A stretch of 50,033 nucleotides of DNA, taken from positions 1 to 50,033 of the forward strand of contig CAZUVN010000001.1 of assembly GCA_964623835.1 (NCBI GenBank), written 5' to 3'. Within the stretch, counting starts at the first letter, position 1; each line of letters starts with the position of its first letter. This DNA comes from an uncultured Candidatus Peribacteria bacterium. GTDB lineage: Bacteria; Patescibacteriota; Gracilibacteria; Peribacterales; Peribacteraceae. The translations under genes and the position numbers were made by a program. Of this stretch, positions 31,769 through 41,243 are shown piece after piece. The notes under the pieces are model-generated. The model was given only the letters and a program-made list of their open reading frames with translations. It did not search any database and was not told where the DNA came from.

Positions 31769-33559
31769 ATGACACTCGCACTCACTCTCTTTGCCGCCGG
31801 CCTTCTCACTATTCTGCTACCGTGCATTCTGCCGCTGATTCCCATTGTTCTGGGCGTGTCGGTAACGGGGCAAAACAAATGGCGGCCGCTTCTGGTGATT
31901 ACGGGCATGCTCGTCAGCTTTGTCGGATTTACGTTCTTACTGCAGACGGTGCTGCGCAGTTTTATCGAACTGGCGGATGTACTGCGCATTGCGACGTATT
32001 ACGTTCTTCTGCTCTTCGGGTTGGGGTTCTTCACACATCGAAAAGCGGTGCAGTTTGGCGGGGCGATACTCGGTGCATTGTTCTTTTGGGATAAGGGCAT
32101 CTCGACGGTGATTGGTGCGGCCATCCTCGGTGTGCTCGCAATGGAAGTCGGTGGAACAATTGCAGCAAAAATTCAGCAGCTTGGATCAACTTTGCAGCAA
32201 GATGTTCGCTCTTCCCTGGGCAACGAGTCACCGCTCACAGCGTTTATCATCGGCCTCACACTCGGCTTGGTATGGGTGCCCTGTGCTGGCCCTGCATTGG
32301 GTTTTGCACTGACATTGGTTCGCGATGAGCCAAGTCTTGCCGCGGCGGGGTATCTCTTCGCCTACGGCCTTGGAACGGCCGTGCCGTTGCTTCTCATCGG
32401 CTACGGCGGACAGGCTGCCGTGCACCGTGTACGGGCCATTACGCCGTATACCGGCGTCATTAAACAGGTATCAGGTGCAGTGCTCATTGCTACGGCCATC
32501 ATGCTGCACTTCCATGCTTTTGAGCGTCTGCAGATCTGGCTGCTCGACAACACATCGTTTGGTGATCTTGGCACCCGCATTGAGGAGAATCTCTTTGGCG
32601 AAGACATGGAGGAGAGTATGTTCGAGAGTGTGCTTCCCAAAATTATTCGTGCACCGGAGTTCGCCAGTGCCGGACCATGGCTGAACAGTCAGCCGCTGAC
32701 GATGGCAGAGCTAAAGGGGAAAGTGGTACTCATCGACTTCTGGACGTACAGCTGCATCAACTGCATTCGTACACTTCCATACATTCAGGGTTACTGGGAA
32801 AAGTTTAAAGACTCGCCGTTTGTGTTGGTTGGCGTGCACACGCCGGAGTTCGTCTTCGAGCAGAAAACGGAAAACGTTGAAGATGCGATTGCGCGTCACG
32901 GCCTCACGTATCCGGTGGTCCAAGACAACGACTTCGGTACATGGAGGGCATTCAGTAACCGCTATTGGCCGGCAAAGTATCTGATTGATGCGGACGGGTA
33001 TGTCCGTTACACGCATTTTGGAGAAGGAGCGTACGAGGAGACGGATCTGGCGATTCAGAGTTTATTGGCGGAGATTGGGGTGACCGTTGATGGCGAAGAG
33101 GGCACAGGAGAGACAGAGGGTATACAAGAGACTGGACGACGCGATCAGTCGCCCGAGACGTATTTGGGCGAGCGATCGTGGCCGGCACTGGGTAATGCCC
33201 AAGGTGAGCCGAGTGATGAGACTGTGACGTATACCGCTCCGACATCACTGCCTCTCAATAAGTACGCGCTTGTCGGCGACTGGAAACTGGAAGACGGTGA
33301 AAGACAGACCCTTCAAAGTGACACAGGGGAAATCCGGATGACGTGGATCGGCGGTGAAATCAATCTTGTCCTTGGCCCGGGAGCTTCGACGACACCTGTT
33401 ACCGGTGAAGTGTGGATCGATGGAACAATGGTCAAAACCATCACGATCGACTTTCATGATCTCTATGTGCTCTACGATGGCAAATATGGGCAACACGAGT
33501 TGGTCTTGAAGTTGAAGGGGAAGGGGGTAGAGGGGTATGCGTTTACGTTTGGGCAGTGA
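31769..33559 (+). CDS. DipZ-like protein: CcdA/DsbD transmembrane domain fused to thioredoxin-like and C-terminal beta-rich domains
   Basis: 596-aa ORF. Polytopic N-terminus with conserved membrane Cys (LPCILPL, VWVPCAGP), then VLIDFWTYSCINCIRTLPY...VGVHTPEF redoxin domain and a C-terminal domain. Confidence 0.85.
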   Translation: MTLALTLFAAGLLTILLPCILPLIPIVLGVSVTGQNKWRPLLVITGMLVSFVGFTFLLQTVLRSFIELADVLRIATYYVLLLFGLGFFTHRKAVQFGGAILGALFFWDKGISTVIGAAILGVLAMEVGGTIAAKIQQLGSTLQQDVRSSLGNESPLTAFIIGLTLGLVWVPCAGPALGFALTLVRDEPSLAAAGYLFAYGLGTAVPLLLIGYGGQAAVHRVRAITPYTGVIKQVSGAVLIATAIMLHFHAFERLQIWLLDNTSFGDLGTRIEENLFGEDMEESMFESVLPKIIRAPEFASAGPWLNSQPLTMAELKGKVVLIDFWTYSCINCIRTLPYIQGYWEKFKDSPFVLVGVHTPEFVFEQKTENVEDAIARHGLTYPVVQDNDFGTWRAFSNRYWPAKYLIDADGYVRYTHFGEGAYEETDLAIQSLLAEIGVTVDGEEGTGETEGIQETGRRDQSPETYLGERSWPALGNAQGEPSDETVTYTAPTSLPLNKYALVGDWKLEDGERQTLQSDTGEIRMTWIGGEINLVLGPGASTTPVTGEVWIDGTMVKTITIDFHDLYVLYDGKYGQHELVLKLKGKGVEGYAFTFGQ

Positions 33560-33624
33560 TAGAATTGATCCCTTGCTGCATGTCGCAGCAGGGGAAGTGA
33601 TCATTGCACATAGAGGGGCATGTG

Positions 33625-33918
33625 ATGGATGCTGTTCTTGCGTGGGTAATGCTTGTTCTTGCGATTGGGGGAACAATCGGGGGCTGTGTCTGCGTTATTC
33701 TGGATTGGGATGATGCCCAGATCCCATTCCTTGTAGCCGCAGGAATCGGCTTCATGATGATCTTCGTATGGGGGCAGGCGCGTGACTATGAAGCGAAGAA
33801 TGAGCGCATGAAAGTACGTGCTGAACGCCAGGCGAGGGGTGACCCGGTATCCGAAGAATCGCCAAGTTCATCCTCTTCGGGTCTTCGACCCGTTATCCTC
33901 ATTCCTCGTCGCCGATGA
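33625..33918 (+). CDS. small two-helix membrane protein, hypothetical
   Basis: ATG preceded by GAGGGG. Two hydrophobic helices and a charged tail. Ends at a terminator. Confidence 0.45.
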   Translation: MDAVLAWVMLVLAIGGTIGGCVCVILDWDDAQIPFLVAAGIGFMMIFVWGQARDYEAKNERMKVRAERQARGDPVSEESPSSSSSGLRPVILIPRRR

Positions 33919-33923
33919 TTACT

Positions 33924-33952
33924 GCCCGCGGACAACCGCGGGCTTCTTTTTA
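33924..33952. terminator. terminator hairpin shared by convergent genes
   Basis: gcccgcgg-acaa-ccgcgggc followed by ttcttttta. Overlaps the mscL stop codon. Confidence 0.6.
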
Positions 33953-34336
33953 TTTCTTCATCTCAGCTTTCTTCGCATCTGCTGCATCTTGTTTTTCCTG
34001 CTTGCGGCGGATGCGATTCATGACTTTTACCATCAAAAACAGTGCCCAGGCGACAATCAAAAACTCGATCACGTTGTTGATGAACAAACCGTAGTTCAAT
34101 GTGGCTACACCTTGAGTTTTTGCATCAGCCAATGACGCGACTGTTGTATCGGACAAGTTCACAAAGCGGCTGCTGAAGTCGACATTGCCCATCAGCGCGG
34201 CAATGGGGGGCATAATGATGTCGTTGACCAGCGAGTTCACGATTTTCTGGAACGAGGCACCAATGACCACACCGATGGCCAAGTCCATCACATTGCCTTT
34301 GACGGCAAACTCTTTGAATTCGGAGACGATACTCAT
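33950..34336 (-). CDS. mscL: large-conductance mechanosensitive channel
   Basis: 128-aa [38 protein letters not shown] is the canonical MscL N-terminus. Confidence 0.95.
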   Translation of the reverse strand: MSIVSEFKEFAVKGNVMDLAIGVVIGASFQKIVNSLVNDIIMPPIAALMGNVDFSSRFVNLSDTTVASLADAKTQGVATLNYGLFINNVIEFLIVAWALFLMVKVMNRIRRKQEKQDAADAKKAEMKK

Positions 34337-34451
34337 GCTGTGGAGTGTATAACGTACTGCTTTCAGCTTCTAGTTTTTTCCCGATATGCTAAGGTGTTTT
34401 TCCGATGAAGCAGTACCACGACCCTTCGACTACGCTCAGGGTGACAATCCT

Positions 34452-35372
34452 ATGAAACAATACCTCGATCTTCTCAGGCATATACTGGAAAATGGTCACA
34501 AGAAAGATGACCGGACCGGGACCGGCACTATCAGCGTGTTCGGCTACCAGATGCGCATTCCATTGAATGAGGGATTCCCCCTACTCACCACAAAAAAGAT
34601 GGCGACGCGGGCGATTTTCCACGAGCTACTCTGGTTTTTGAAAGGCGATACGAACATCAAATACCTAGCCGATAACGACGTGCACATTTGGGATGAGTGG
34701 CCGTTTCAAGACTACTTAATTGCCAATAAACTCACGGAGCAGTTTCCGATGTACTCGGAAGCTTGGATGACGGAGAAAAAGACGTTCATTGAGCGTATTA
34801 AGACCGATGCTGATTTTGCACAGAAATGGGGGGATTTGGGTCCGGTCTATGGCAAGCAGTGGCGACGGTGGGAGGGGCCGGATGGCAAAACATACGACCA
34901 GCTTGGAATGGCTGTCGAACAGATTAAGAAGAATCCCGATTCCCGCCGTATTATCGTCTCTGCCTGGAATGCATCAGATGTGGCAGGTCATCATAAAACT
35001 GCTCCGCCGCTCTGTCACACACTGTTTCAGTTCTATGTGTCCGACGGCGTCCTCAGCTGCCAGTTGTATCAGCGCAGCGCAGATGTTTTCCTCGGTGTGC
35101 CGTTTAACATCGCATCCTACAGCCTGCTGACACACATGATTGCCCAGGTTTGCGATTTGAAAGTGGGGGATTTTATTCACACGTTCGGTGATGCGCATTT
35201 GTATCTCAATCACCTCGATCAGACCCATGAACAGCTCTCTCGGGAACTGCGTCCGTTGCCAACCCTCAAGCTTAACCCCGCCATCAAGCGTCTTGAAGAC
35301 TTCACGATGCAAGATATTGTCATTGAAGGATACGATCCGCATCCGGCAATCAAGGCGCCCATTGCAGTATGA
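34452..35372 (+). CDS. thyA: thymidylate synthase (ThyA type)
   Basis: [35 protein letters not shown] and [12 protein letters not shown]. Start trimmed to the ATG at 34452. Confidence 0.95.
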   Translation: MKQYLDLLRHILENGHKKDDRTGTGTISVFGYQMRIPLNEGFPLLTTKKMATRAIFHELLWFLKGDTNIKYLADNDVHIWDEWPFQDYLIANKLTEQFPMYSEAWMTEKKTFIERIKTDADFAQKWGDLGPVYGKQWRRWEGPDGKTYDQLGMAVEQIKKNPDSRRIIVSAWNASDVAGHHKTAPPLCHTLFQFYVSDGVLSCQLYQRSADVFLGVPFNIASYSLLTHMIAQVCDLKVGDFIHTFGDAHLYLNHLDQTHEQLSRELRPLPTLKLNPAIKRLEDFTMQDIVIEGYDPHPAIKAPIAV

Positions 35373-35416
35373 TGTCTGCGTAGCTTTTCATCCGCCACTC
35401 CAGAATAATACGGCAT

Positions 35417-37510
35417 ATGAATATCATTCTGGTGAATGGGATATTGTTGCTGGCGGGTGCCGTACTGGCGTTGCGGCTGCTTCCTGAAACACGGTCCAAC
35501 AGCTGGGGGCTGCTGGCTCTCGCAGGCTTTCTGTATGTCTGTCTGATAGTTGCTATTCAGTCCGTTCTTGGCTGGGCCGACATGCTTTCGCGTACGTCCG
35601 TTTCCGTTGCATCCTATGTTGTTGGCGGTTTTGTCCTGCTGCGATGGGGGATGGATTCCATGCGCTCTGTTTCAGGAATGAAATTCGATACGGATCGGTT
35701 GACGCGCTTTATCATCGGAGCGGGTTTGATGCTGCTGATTCTTGAATTGTTTAATGCATTGATTACTCCCGTTTGGGAGTATGACAGTATCGCGTATCAC
35801 TTGCCGATGGCGCGGCACTGGTACCTGAGCGGTTCACTGCGGTCCGTTGCATTTTCGGTGTTCGCCGGACCGGTAAGTTACTATCCCGGAACAGGTGAAT
35901 TACTGACGCTATGGACAATGCTGCTGCAAGGCACAGATCAGTATGCCAATGTCCCGAACGTTCTCTTATTCCCGCTGTTCTTTGTGACGGGGGTTTTCGC
36001 TCTGCAAAACAGGGGAATACCGGTGCGGTACGCGGTCTTCTTTCCGGCGCTGTTCTTGCTGACGCCGCTTGTGCTGAAGCAAATCGGCACGCCGCTTGTC
36101 GATCTTCTCTTTGCGTACGAGTTCCTCTGCATGCTTCTTTTTCTTGATATCTTCATACGCGAAAAGCGCCCCGAGGCCTTGGCGTTGTGCGTGGCCGGGT
36201 TGGGGCTCTTCATCGGTACTAAGTATCTGGCCATTCCCTATGCTCCTATTATTTTGGTGCCCCTTGGTATTGCAGTTGTGTTGCACTTGATGCGACCGAC
36301 AACACGCCGCCGCCCTCTTACCATTGCGCTCATAGCGGGATGCATTGCAGCACTGCTACTGGGTGGCCACTGGTATTTCCGTAACTTCCTGCTAACGGGC
36401 AATCCGCTGTTTCCCGCGACTGTCAGCATTGGTTCTCTGACGTTGTTGGAAGGATACGGTGCGTATATGGATCAGATTGTGGATTTATCGTATCTCCGGC
36501 AGCAGTCTTCCTTTAGCCAGGACGATAAAGAAGTGATTAATGCCGTCCTGTTCCGGCGCGTCGGATACGGCCTATTCGCTTTTTTGGCTGCATATATTTC
36601 CGCGCTTGTGATGCTGGCGAAAACGCCGATTGCTTATACGAAACATGTGGCACAACACTCGCTATTTTTACTCTTCATCGTCATTGCTCTGCCGTACGGG
36701 GTGTATATGTATATCTCTGCTCCGTATACGGCGAATTTTGATGCGAATCTACGATACATTTTGCCGGTACTGCTGTTGGCCTATCTTCTCTTGGTCGAAC
36801 TTTGCAGCCGAGCGCGTGGAGCGGGATACTGGTTGCTGGTGACTATTCTGGTAGCCGAGGTTCTATCGGTTATTGGGTTTGTACATGGAACCGATCTGCC
36901 ATTCGAGGCGTTTACCTTCCGATATGTATTCCAGTCGCCGTGGCTCTTTGTGGGATATGCAGTCACCGTCTTTTTATGTGTCATCTGGTCTTTTGCATTG
37001 TGGCGCTTTCTTCCACGCGTCGGCCTTCCTGTCCTGTTTCTTCTTGTGCCTACGGCTCTCCTCAGCGGGACAGAATCCATAGCGCAAGTCCGTGTAGCAA
37101 CTACGTACGAAACACTGACACACAAGTATCCTTTTCAGTCGCATCTCTTCGATGCGTTTGAATGGATCGATCAGCATTCCGATGCAGATTCCGTTATTGC
37201 CTACACCGGGTTCCATCTGCAGTATCCGTTGTTTTATCGCTCATTGCATCGCGATGTTCGGTGCGTACCGGTGAATGATTGTGTTGATTGTGACTATGCC
37301 GACTTCCGATCCCATGATGAGGGAATTTTTGCAAACGCAGACCCAGAAATATGGCTGCAGAATTTGCAGAATGCACGTGTCGCGTATCTTGTGTATTACG
37401 ACAATATGGCGTTGCAACGCCATGTATCGGCATGGATAGCGCAGTTCCCGCGGCATTTTACGGTGGCCTATCTTTCCGGTGAGGTGACGGTGTATCAATT
37501 CATTCCCTGA
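35417..37510 (+). CDS. large polytopic membrane protein, GT-C (ArnT/PMT)-like glycosyltransferase candidate
   Basis: 697-aa ORF with more than 12 hydrophobic segments, an early loop with WEYDSIAYHLPMARHW and a soluble C-terminal domain. The family call is tentative. Confidence 0.5.
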   Translation: MNIILVNGILLLAGAVLALRLLPETRSNSWGLLALAGFLYVCLIVAIQSVLGWADMLSRTSVSVASYVVGGFVLLRWGMDSMRSVSGMKFDTDRLTRFIIGAGLMLLILELFNALITPVWEYDSIAYHLPMARHWYLSGSLRSVAFSVFAGPVSYYPGTGELLTLWTMLLQGTDQYANVPNVLLFPLFFVTGVFALQNRGIPVRYAVFFPALFLLTPLVLKQIGTPLVDLLFAYEFLCMLLFLDIFIREKRPEALALCVAGLGLFIGTKYLAIPYAPIILVPLGIAVVLHLMRPTTRRRPLTIALIAGCIAALLLGGHWYFRNFLLTGNPLFPATVSIGSLTLLEGYGAYMDQIVDLSYLRQQSSFSQDDKEVINAVLFRRVGYGLFAFLAAYISALVMLAKTPIAYTKHVAQHSLFLLFIVIALPYGVYMYISAPYTANFDANLRYILPVLLLAYLLLVELCSRARGAGYWLLVTILVAEVLSVIGFVHGTDLPFEAFTFRYVFQSPWLFVGYAVTVFLCVIWSFALWRFLPRVGLPVLFLLVPTALLSGTESIAQVRVATTYETLTHKYPFQSHLFDAFEWIDQHSDADSVIAYTGFHLQYPLFYRSLHRDVRCVPVNDCVDCDYADFRSHDEGIFANADPEIWLQNLQNARVAYLVYYDNMALQRHVSAWIAQFPRHFTVAYLSGEVTVYQFIP

Positions 37511-37624
37511 GCTGTCCGTCTCTGTTACAGTCGTCCTGCATTCTTTGAGACTCTCTCATCCTCGGTTAGTGAAGACATTCTTGTGGCACCTGTGCACCGG
37601 TTCGCCGTGGACGGTTTTCAGCGA

Positions 37625-37630
37625 TATACT
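37625..37630 (+). promoter_or_regulatory. -10 box TATACT, 6 nt upstream of the folA ATG (leaderless-type)
   Basis: TATACT, then cgcacc, then ATG at 37637. No Shine-Dalgarno sequence. Confidence 0.4.
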
Positions 37631-37636
37631 CGCACC

Positions 37637-38149
37637 ATGATTTTGTCTGTTATCGCGGCTGTTTCGGAAAACAATGTGATCGGCAAAGGGAATGATCTTG
37701 CGTGGAAGCTTCCCGCCGAGCTCGCATATTTTCGATCGGTTACGAAGGGGAAGCCGGTGATTATGGGACGTAAAACTGCGGAGTCGATTATGAAAGTCCG
37801 TGACGGCAAGCTGCTACCAGGACGTCACAACATCGTTGTCAGCCGCAGCGGCATCGAAGCGCCGGAAGCGGATGTCGTTTCGTCCGTCGAGGAAGCGGTC
37901 GAACTTGCCCGTGGTGACGATGCCGAGGAGGTGTTCGTCATCGGTGGCGGGCAAATTTATGCCGAAATGCTGCCGCATGCAGATCGTCTCTATCTGACCC
38001 GCGTTCACACAGCGATCGAAGGTGGCGATACATTCTTTCCGTCGTTCGATGAAACGGAGTGGGAGTTGCAGCGGAGTGATGATCATGAGGTCGATGGGGA
38101 GAATGCGATTCCGTTTACGACAATGGTGTACGAGAGAAAGAAGCCATAG
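37637..38149 (+). CDS. folA: dihydrofolate reductase
   Basis: MILSVIAAVSENNVIGKGNDLAWKLPAELAYFRSVTKGKPVIMGRKT and VIGGGQIY are classic DHFR motifs. Start trimmed to 37637. Confidence 0.9.
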   Translation: MILSVIAAVSENNVIGKGNDLAWKLPAELAYFRSVTKGKPVIMGRKTAESIMKVRDGKLLPGRHNIVVSRSGIEAPEADVVSSVEEAVELARGDDAEEVFVIGGGQIYAEMLPHADRLYLTRVHTAIEGGDTFFPSFDETEWELQRSDDHEVDGENAIPFTTMVYERKKP

Positions 38150-38211
38150 AGAACAAAGAGCGAATAGAAGAGAAAAGTCGAGCAATTCATGATCTTCAGT
38201 TTTCTATCGGA

Positions 38212-38217
38212 TATACT
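38212..38217 (+). promoter_or_regulatory. -10 box TATACT, 7 nt upstream of the ATG at 38225 (leaderless-type)
   Basis: Read directly. Argues for 38225 rather than 38189 as the start codon. Confidence 0.35.
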
Positions 38218-38224
38218 GTGGTGG

Positions 38225-38842
38225 ATGGACTATCAGACATTTGAAACGGCCGAGGATCTCATCAACCAATCGGTGCTGGAGGGCGACTCATCGTCAGAGA
38301 TTTTGGCGTCGATCGATAGTGGCAAGGAACACTTGGAAGCGCAGGAGCGCGCAACAATCGATTCGTACATTGCTGCCATGCGGCCGATTTACGCGGCGAT
38401 GGTTGTCGATGAATTCAGCGGAAATATCGCTGGACTGTACGATGGCTCACAGATCTACGTCGACCAAGCTGTCATGATGGTAGGCGAGTCGGTTGACACG
38501 ACTATCGCTCAAGCTCAGGAAGTCTATGACCACGAGACCTATCATCAGGCGAACAATCATCTGGCACCGATGAAAGTAGTCGCTGGTATGCGTGACGGCG
38601 TGTATGCGGTAATCGGTGGTGTCGCTTTCACACAGACGGAACTGATTGAAGGCCTGACCGTTGCCGAGACCGGCAATCAGTTTGTCTCGGCCGAGTACAA
38701 AGCACATGAACGGGCAATCCGCAAAGCGGCGGATGCATCGGGGGAAGGCATTAGCGGCATTGCAGAGGCGGTGAATAACAAGAAGGACCTAACGCTGATC
38801 GACGATCGAGCGAAGGCCCCTCTGACGACGTTATCAATATAA
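38225..38842 (+). CDS. hypothetical protein with HExxH motif
   Basis: 205-aa ORF (217 aa from the alternative start at 38189). Single HETYH motif. No other recognisable feature and no signal peptide from the 38225 start. Confidence 0.45.
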   Translation: MDYQTFETAEDLINQSVLEGDSSSEILASIDSGKEHLEAQERATIDSYIAAMRPIYAAMVVDEFSGNIAGLYDGSQIYVDQAVMMVGESVDTTIAQAQEVYDHETYHQANNHLAPMKVVAGMRDGVYAVIGGVAFTQTELIEGLTVAETGNQFVSAEYKAHERAIRKAADASGEGISGIAEAVNNKKDLTLIDDRAKAPLTTLSI

Positions 38843-38845
38843 GAC

Positions 38846-41236
38846 TTACCGGTTGAATGCAGGAGATGCCGCAGCCTTTCGCAGGAGCCAGCGGGCAATC
38901 ACCATACCCGTGAACATCGAGATCACGACACCAAGTCCTAGGGTAACCGCGAAGCCGCGGACAATCGACGAACCGATAATGAACAGCAGGAGACAGGTGA
39001 TGATCGTCGAGATGTTGCTATCGCGGATGCTTGGCCATGCCTTCTCGAAGCCGATCTCCACTGCGGATTTTAAGCTCTTACCCTTCGCGCGCTCTTCGTT
39101 CATGCGTTCGAAGACCAGCACGTTGGTGTCGACGGCCATACCCATCGAGAGGATGGCTCCGGCGATACCTGCAAGTGTCAGCACGATGTACTGGTCGGTA
39201 ATCAGCAGCAACGGGAGTTTAAACAGCGCGAGGAAAATCAACGCGTAGATTGCCAGTGCGATGTTCGCGAAGACGCCGAGCAGGCGGTAGCGGACGAGGA
39301 GATACAGCATACAGATGATTGTGCCGATGAGAGCTGCAAGCAGAGACGAACGCAGGGCGTCAGCACCGAGCGTCGGCTCAACGGTGCGCTGGCCGCTCAG
39401 GTAGATAGGAGCGGGGATGGCACCGGTGTTGAGGTCTTGTGCAAGTAACTGCGCTTCTTGGACGTTGCGGCTACCGGTGATGACTGCTGATCCTCCGGTG
39501 ATTTCTCCTTGGACGGTGGGAGCCGATACCAGCTCGCCGCCGACGAAAATCGCGATGCGCTTACCGATGTTGTTCTTCGTTAGTTCCTGGAACAATTTGC
39601 CACCTTCTTCATCGAACAGAATCTGTACGACCGGGAGGTTCGTGGTCGGGTCCAATGTCACCGATGCGCTGCGGAAATGCTTGCCGTCCAGCTGTGTGTC
39701 TTTCCAGCCTGTCGGTTCCAACGAGAAGAAGAGTGTGCGCAGACGAACAGCTTCTTCTTCGGATGTGATCTTGCCGGTTTGAAGGCGGGAAAGAAGGTCG
39801 TCAGCGCGGACTTTTGCATTTGCACCGGTAACAGACAGCTCATCAAAGTTTGCTTTGTCCGGCGTCTGGTACGGAGCTTTGTCGACACGGATCAGGTGGT
39901 AGCCGAATGGCGTCTCAACCGGATCACTGATGATGCCCGTGGTCTGCGTGAAGGCGACATCCTCAAAGGACGGCACCAATTCCCCGCGGGCGATGCCGAG
40001 CAACTTTCCGCCGTTTGCACGGGATGTTCCGTCGGACTGCGTGCGAGCGATATCTTCGAACGTCGCTCCTGCTGCAATCTGATTCTTCAAGTCCTGCGCA
40101 CGTGCCAGTGCCTCTTCTTTGGTGCGAGTCACGTCGGTCGGAGCGGCATTCGCGCCCTTGTATGCGACAAGAATATGGCTGACATCGACCTGCTGGCGAC
40201 CGGCGGTAAAGAGGCGGAGGAACACAATGCTCGCCGAGCCGTCTTCTTTTTCGATGGCTTGCAGATCTCCCTGCTTCATATTGCGCAGCGCTCCTATCAA
40301 GCGAACGGAGAGAGGCGCATCGAGCGTAACATCGTTGCGGTAGGCCTGCGTGGTACCGGTTTCAATCTGTGTGATGCGTTCAAAGGCTTTGGATGCCTCC
40401 TGAATTACGCGGCCGGTCTGCGTGCGAGCCTGCAGCACTTCCACCAAGAAGATGCCGCTCATGGTTTGAATGACTGTCTGGCCGTTCTGATCCTGAACCG
40501 GTACATCGATGGCGCCGTTTATGCGCTGGACCCCTGCGGATGGTTGCAGGTTCCACATGCGGTCTAGGCCTGACGGAAGTTCGTCGCGGAAGAACCAGTG
40601 GTCCGGCTGGTAGCCGGTGCCGAGGTTGCTCATCATGTCTTCGCCGATCACTGCCAGCGAGACGCCGCTGCCGGTAATGCGCTTCTGTGCTGCATCGACA
40701 TTGGCGATGACGGACTGCACGTATTCTGCACTTGCCTCCGTCTCCTCTTCTTTAAATTCCAAGCGAATCGTTTTTCCAACCGTGTCGATACATTCCTGCA
40801 CGTCGATGACGCCGGGACACTCAACCAGCAGGTGCTTCTCGTCGCCGACGTAGGACGGCGTAATGGTTGCTTCGCTGACGCCCAGACTGTTGATGCGTCG
40901 CTCCAGTACGGTGCGGATTGCTTCAACAAGATTGCGGCCCTGCTCCTCAATAGCCGCTTTTTGTACACGGAGCTGATCGGCACGCTCGCCACCTCCTGCC
41001 GCTTCTGCTTCTGCAAGCTGTGCATTGATTTCATCCAGCTGCTGGCGGATCTCTTCTTCCGAGATGCGGAAATCGAGTTGTGTTCCACCGGCAAGATCGA
41101 GTCCCAAGTGGAAGCCCGGCCGTAGCCATGCAGGTGCCCAGCCAGCTTTGACGCTGTCTGGAAGTGCGACGATCACCAGAAGTGCCGCCAAAACGACGGT
41201 AAGGATCGTGCGTGGAGAAACAGTATTCTTGGCCAT
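38846..41236 (-). CDS. secD: protein translocase subunit SecD with an embedded parvulin-type PPIase domain
   Basis: 796-aa ORF. N-terminal TM, LGLDLAGGTQL, canonical IAIFVGGELVSAPTVQGEITGG...G and C-terminal TM bundle. Residues ~349-454 (VSHILV...FEDIA...GG.LG....LVPSFEDVAF....G.IS.PVETPFGYHLIRV) are rotamase-like. Confidence 0.85.
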   Translation of the reverse strand: MAKNTVSPRTILTVVLAALLVIVALPDSVKAGWAPAWLRPGFHLGLDLAGGTQLDFRISEEEIRQQLDEINAQLAEAEAAGGGERADQLRVQKAAIEEQGRNLVEAIRTVLERRINSLGVSEATITPSYVGDEKHLLVECPGVIDVQECIDTVGKTIRLEFKEEETEASAEYVQSVIANVDAAQKRITGSGVSLAVIGEDMMSNLGTGYQPDHWFFRDELPSGLDRMWNLQPSAGVQRINGAIDVPVQDQNGQTVIQTMSGIFLVEVLQARTQTGRVIQEASKAFERITQIETGTTQAYRNDVTLDAPLSVRLIGALRNMKQGDLQAIEKEDGSASIVFLRLFTAGRQQVDVSHILVAYKGANAAPTDVTRTKEEALARAQDLKNQIAAGATFEDIARTQSDGTSRANGGKLLGIARGELVPSFEDVAFTQTTGIISDPVETPFGYHLIRVDKAPYQTPDKANFDELSVTGANAKVRADDLLSRLQTGKITSEEEAVRLRTLFFSLEPTGWKDTQLDGKHFRSASVTLDPTTNLPVVQILFDEEGGKLFQELTKNNIGKRIAIFVGGELVSAPTVQGEITGGSAVITGSRNVQEAQLLAQDLNTGAIPAPIYLSGQRTVEPTLGADALRSSLLAALIGTIICMLYLLVRYRLLGVFANIALAIYALIFLALFKLPLLLITDQYIVLTLAGIAGAILSMGMAVDTNVLVFERMNEERAKGKSLKSAVEIGFEKAWPSIRDSNISTIITCLLLFIIGSSIVRGFAVTLGLGVVISMFTGMVIARWLLRKAAASPAFNR

Positions 41237-41243
41237 GAGAAAA

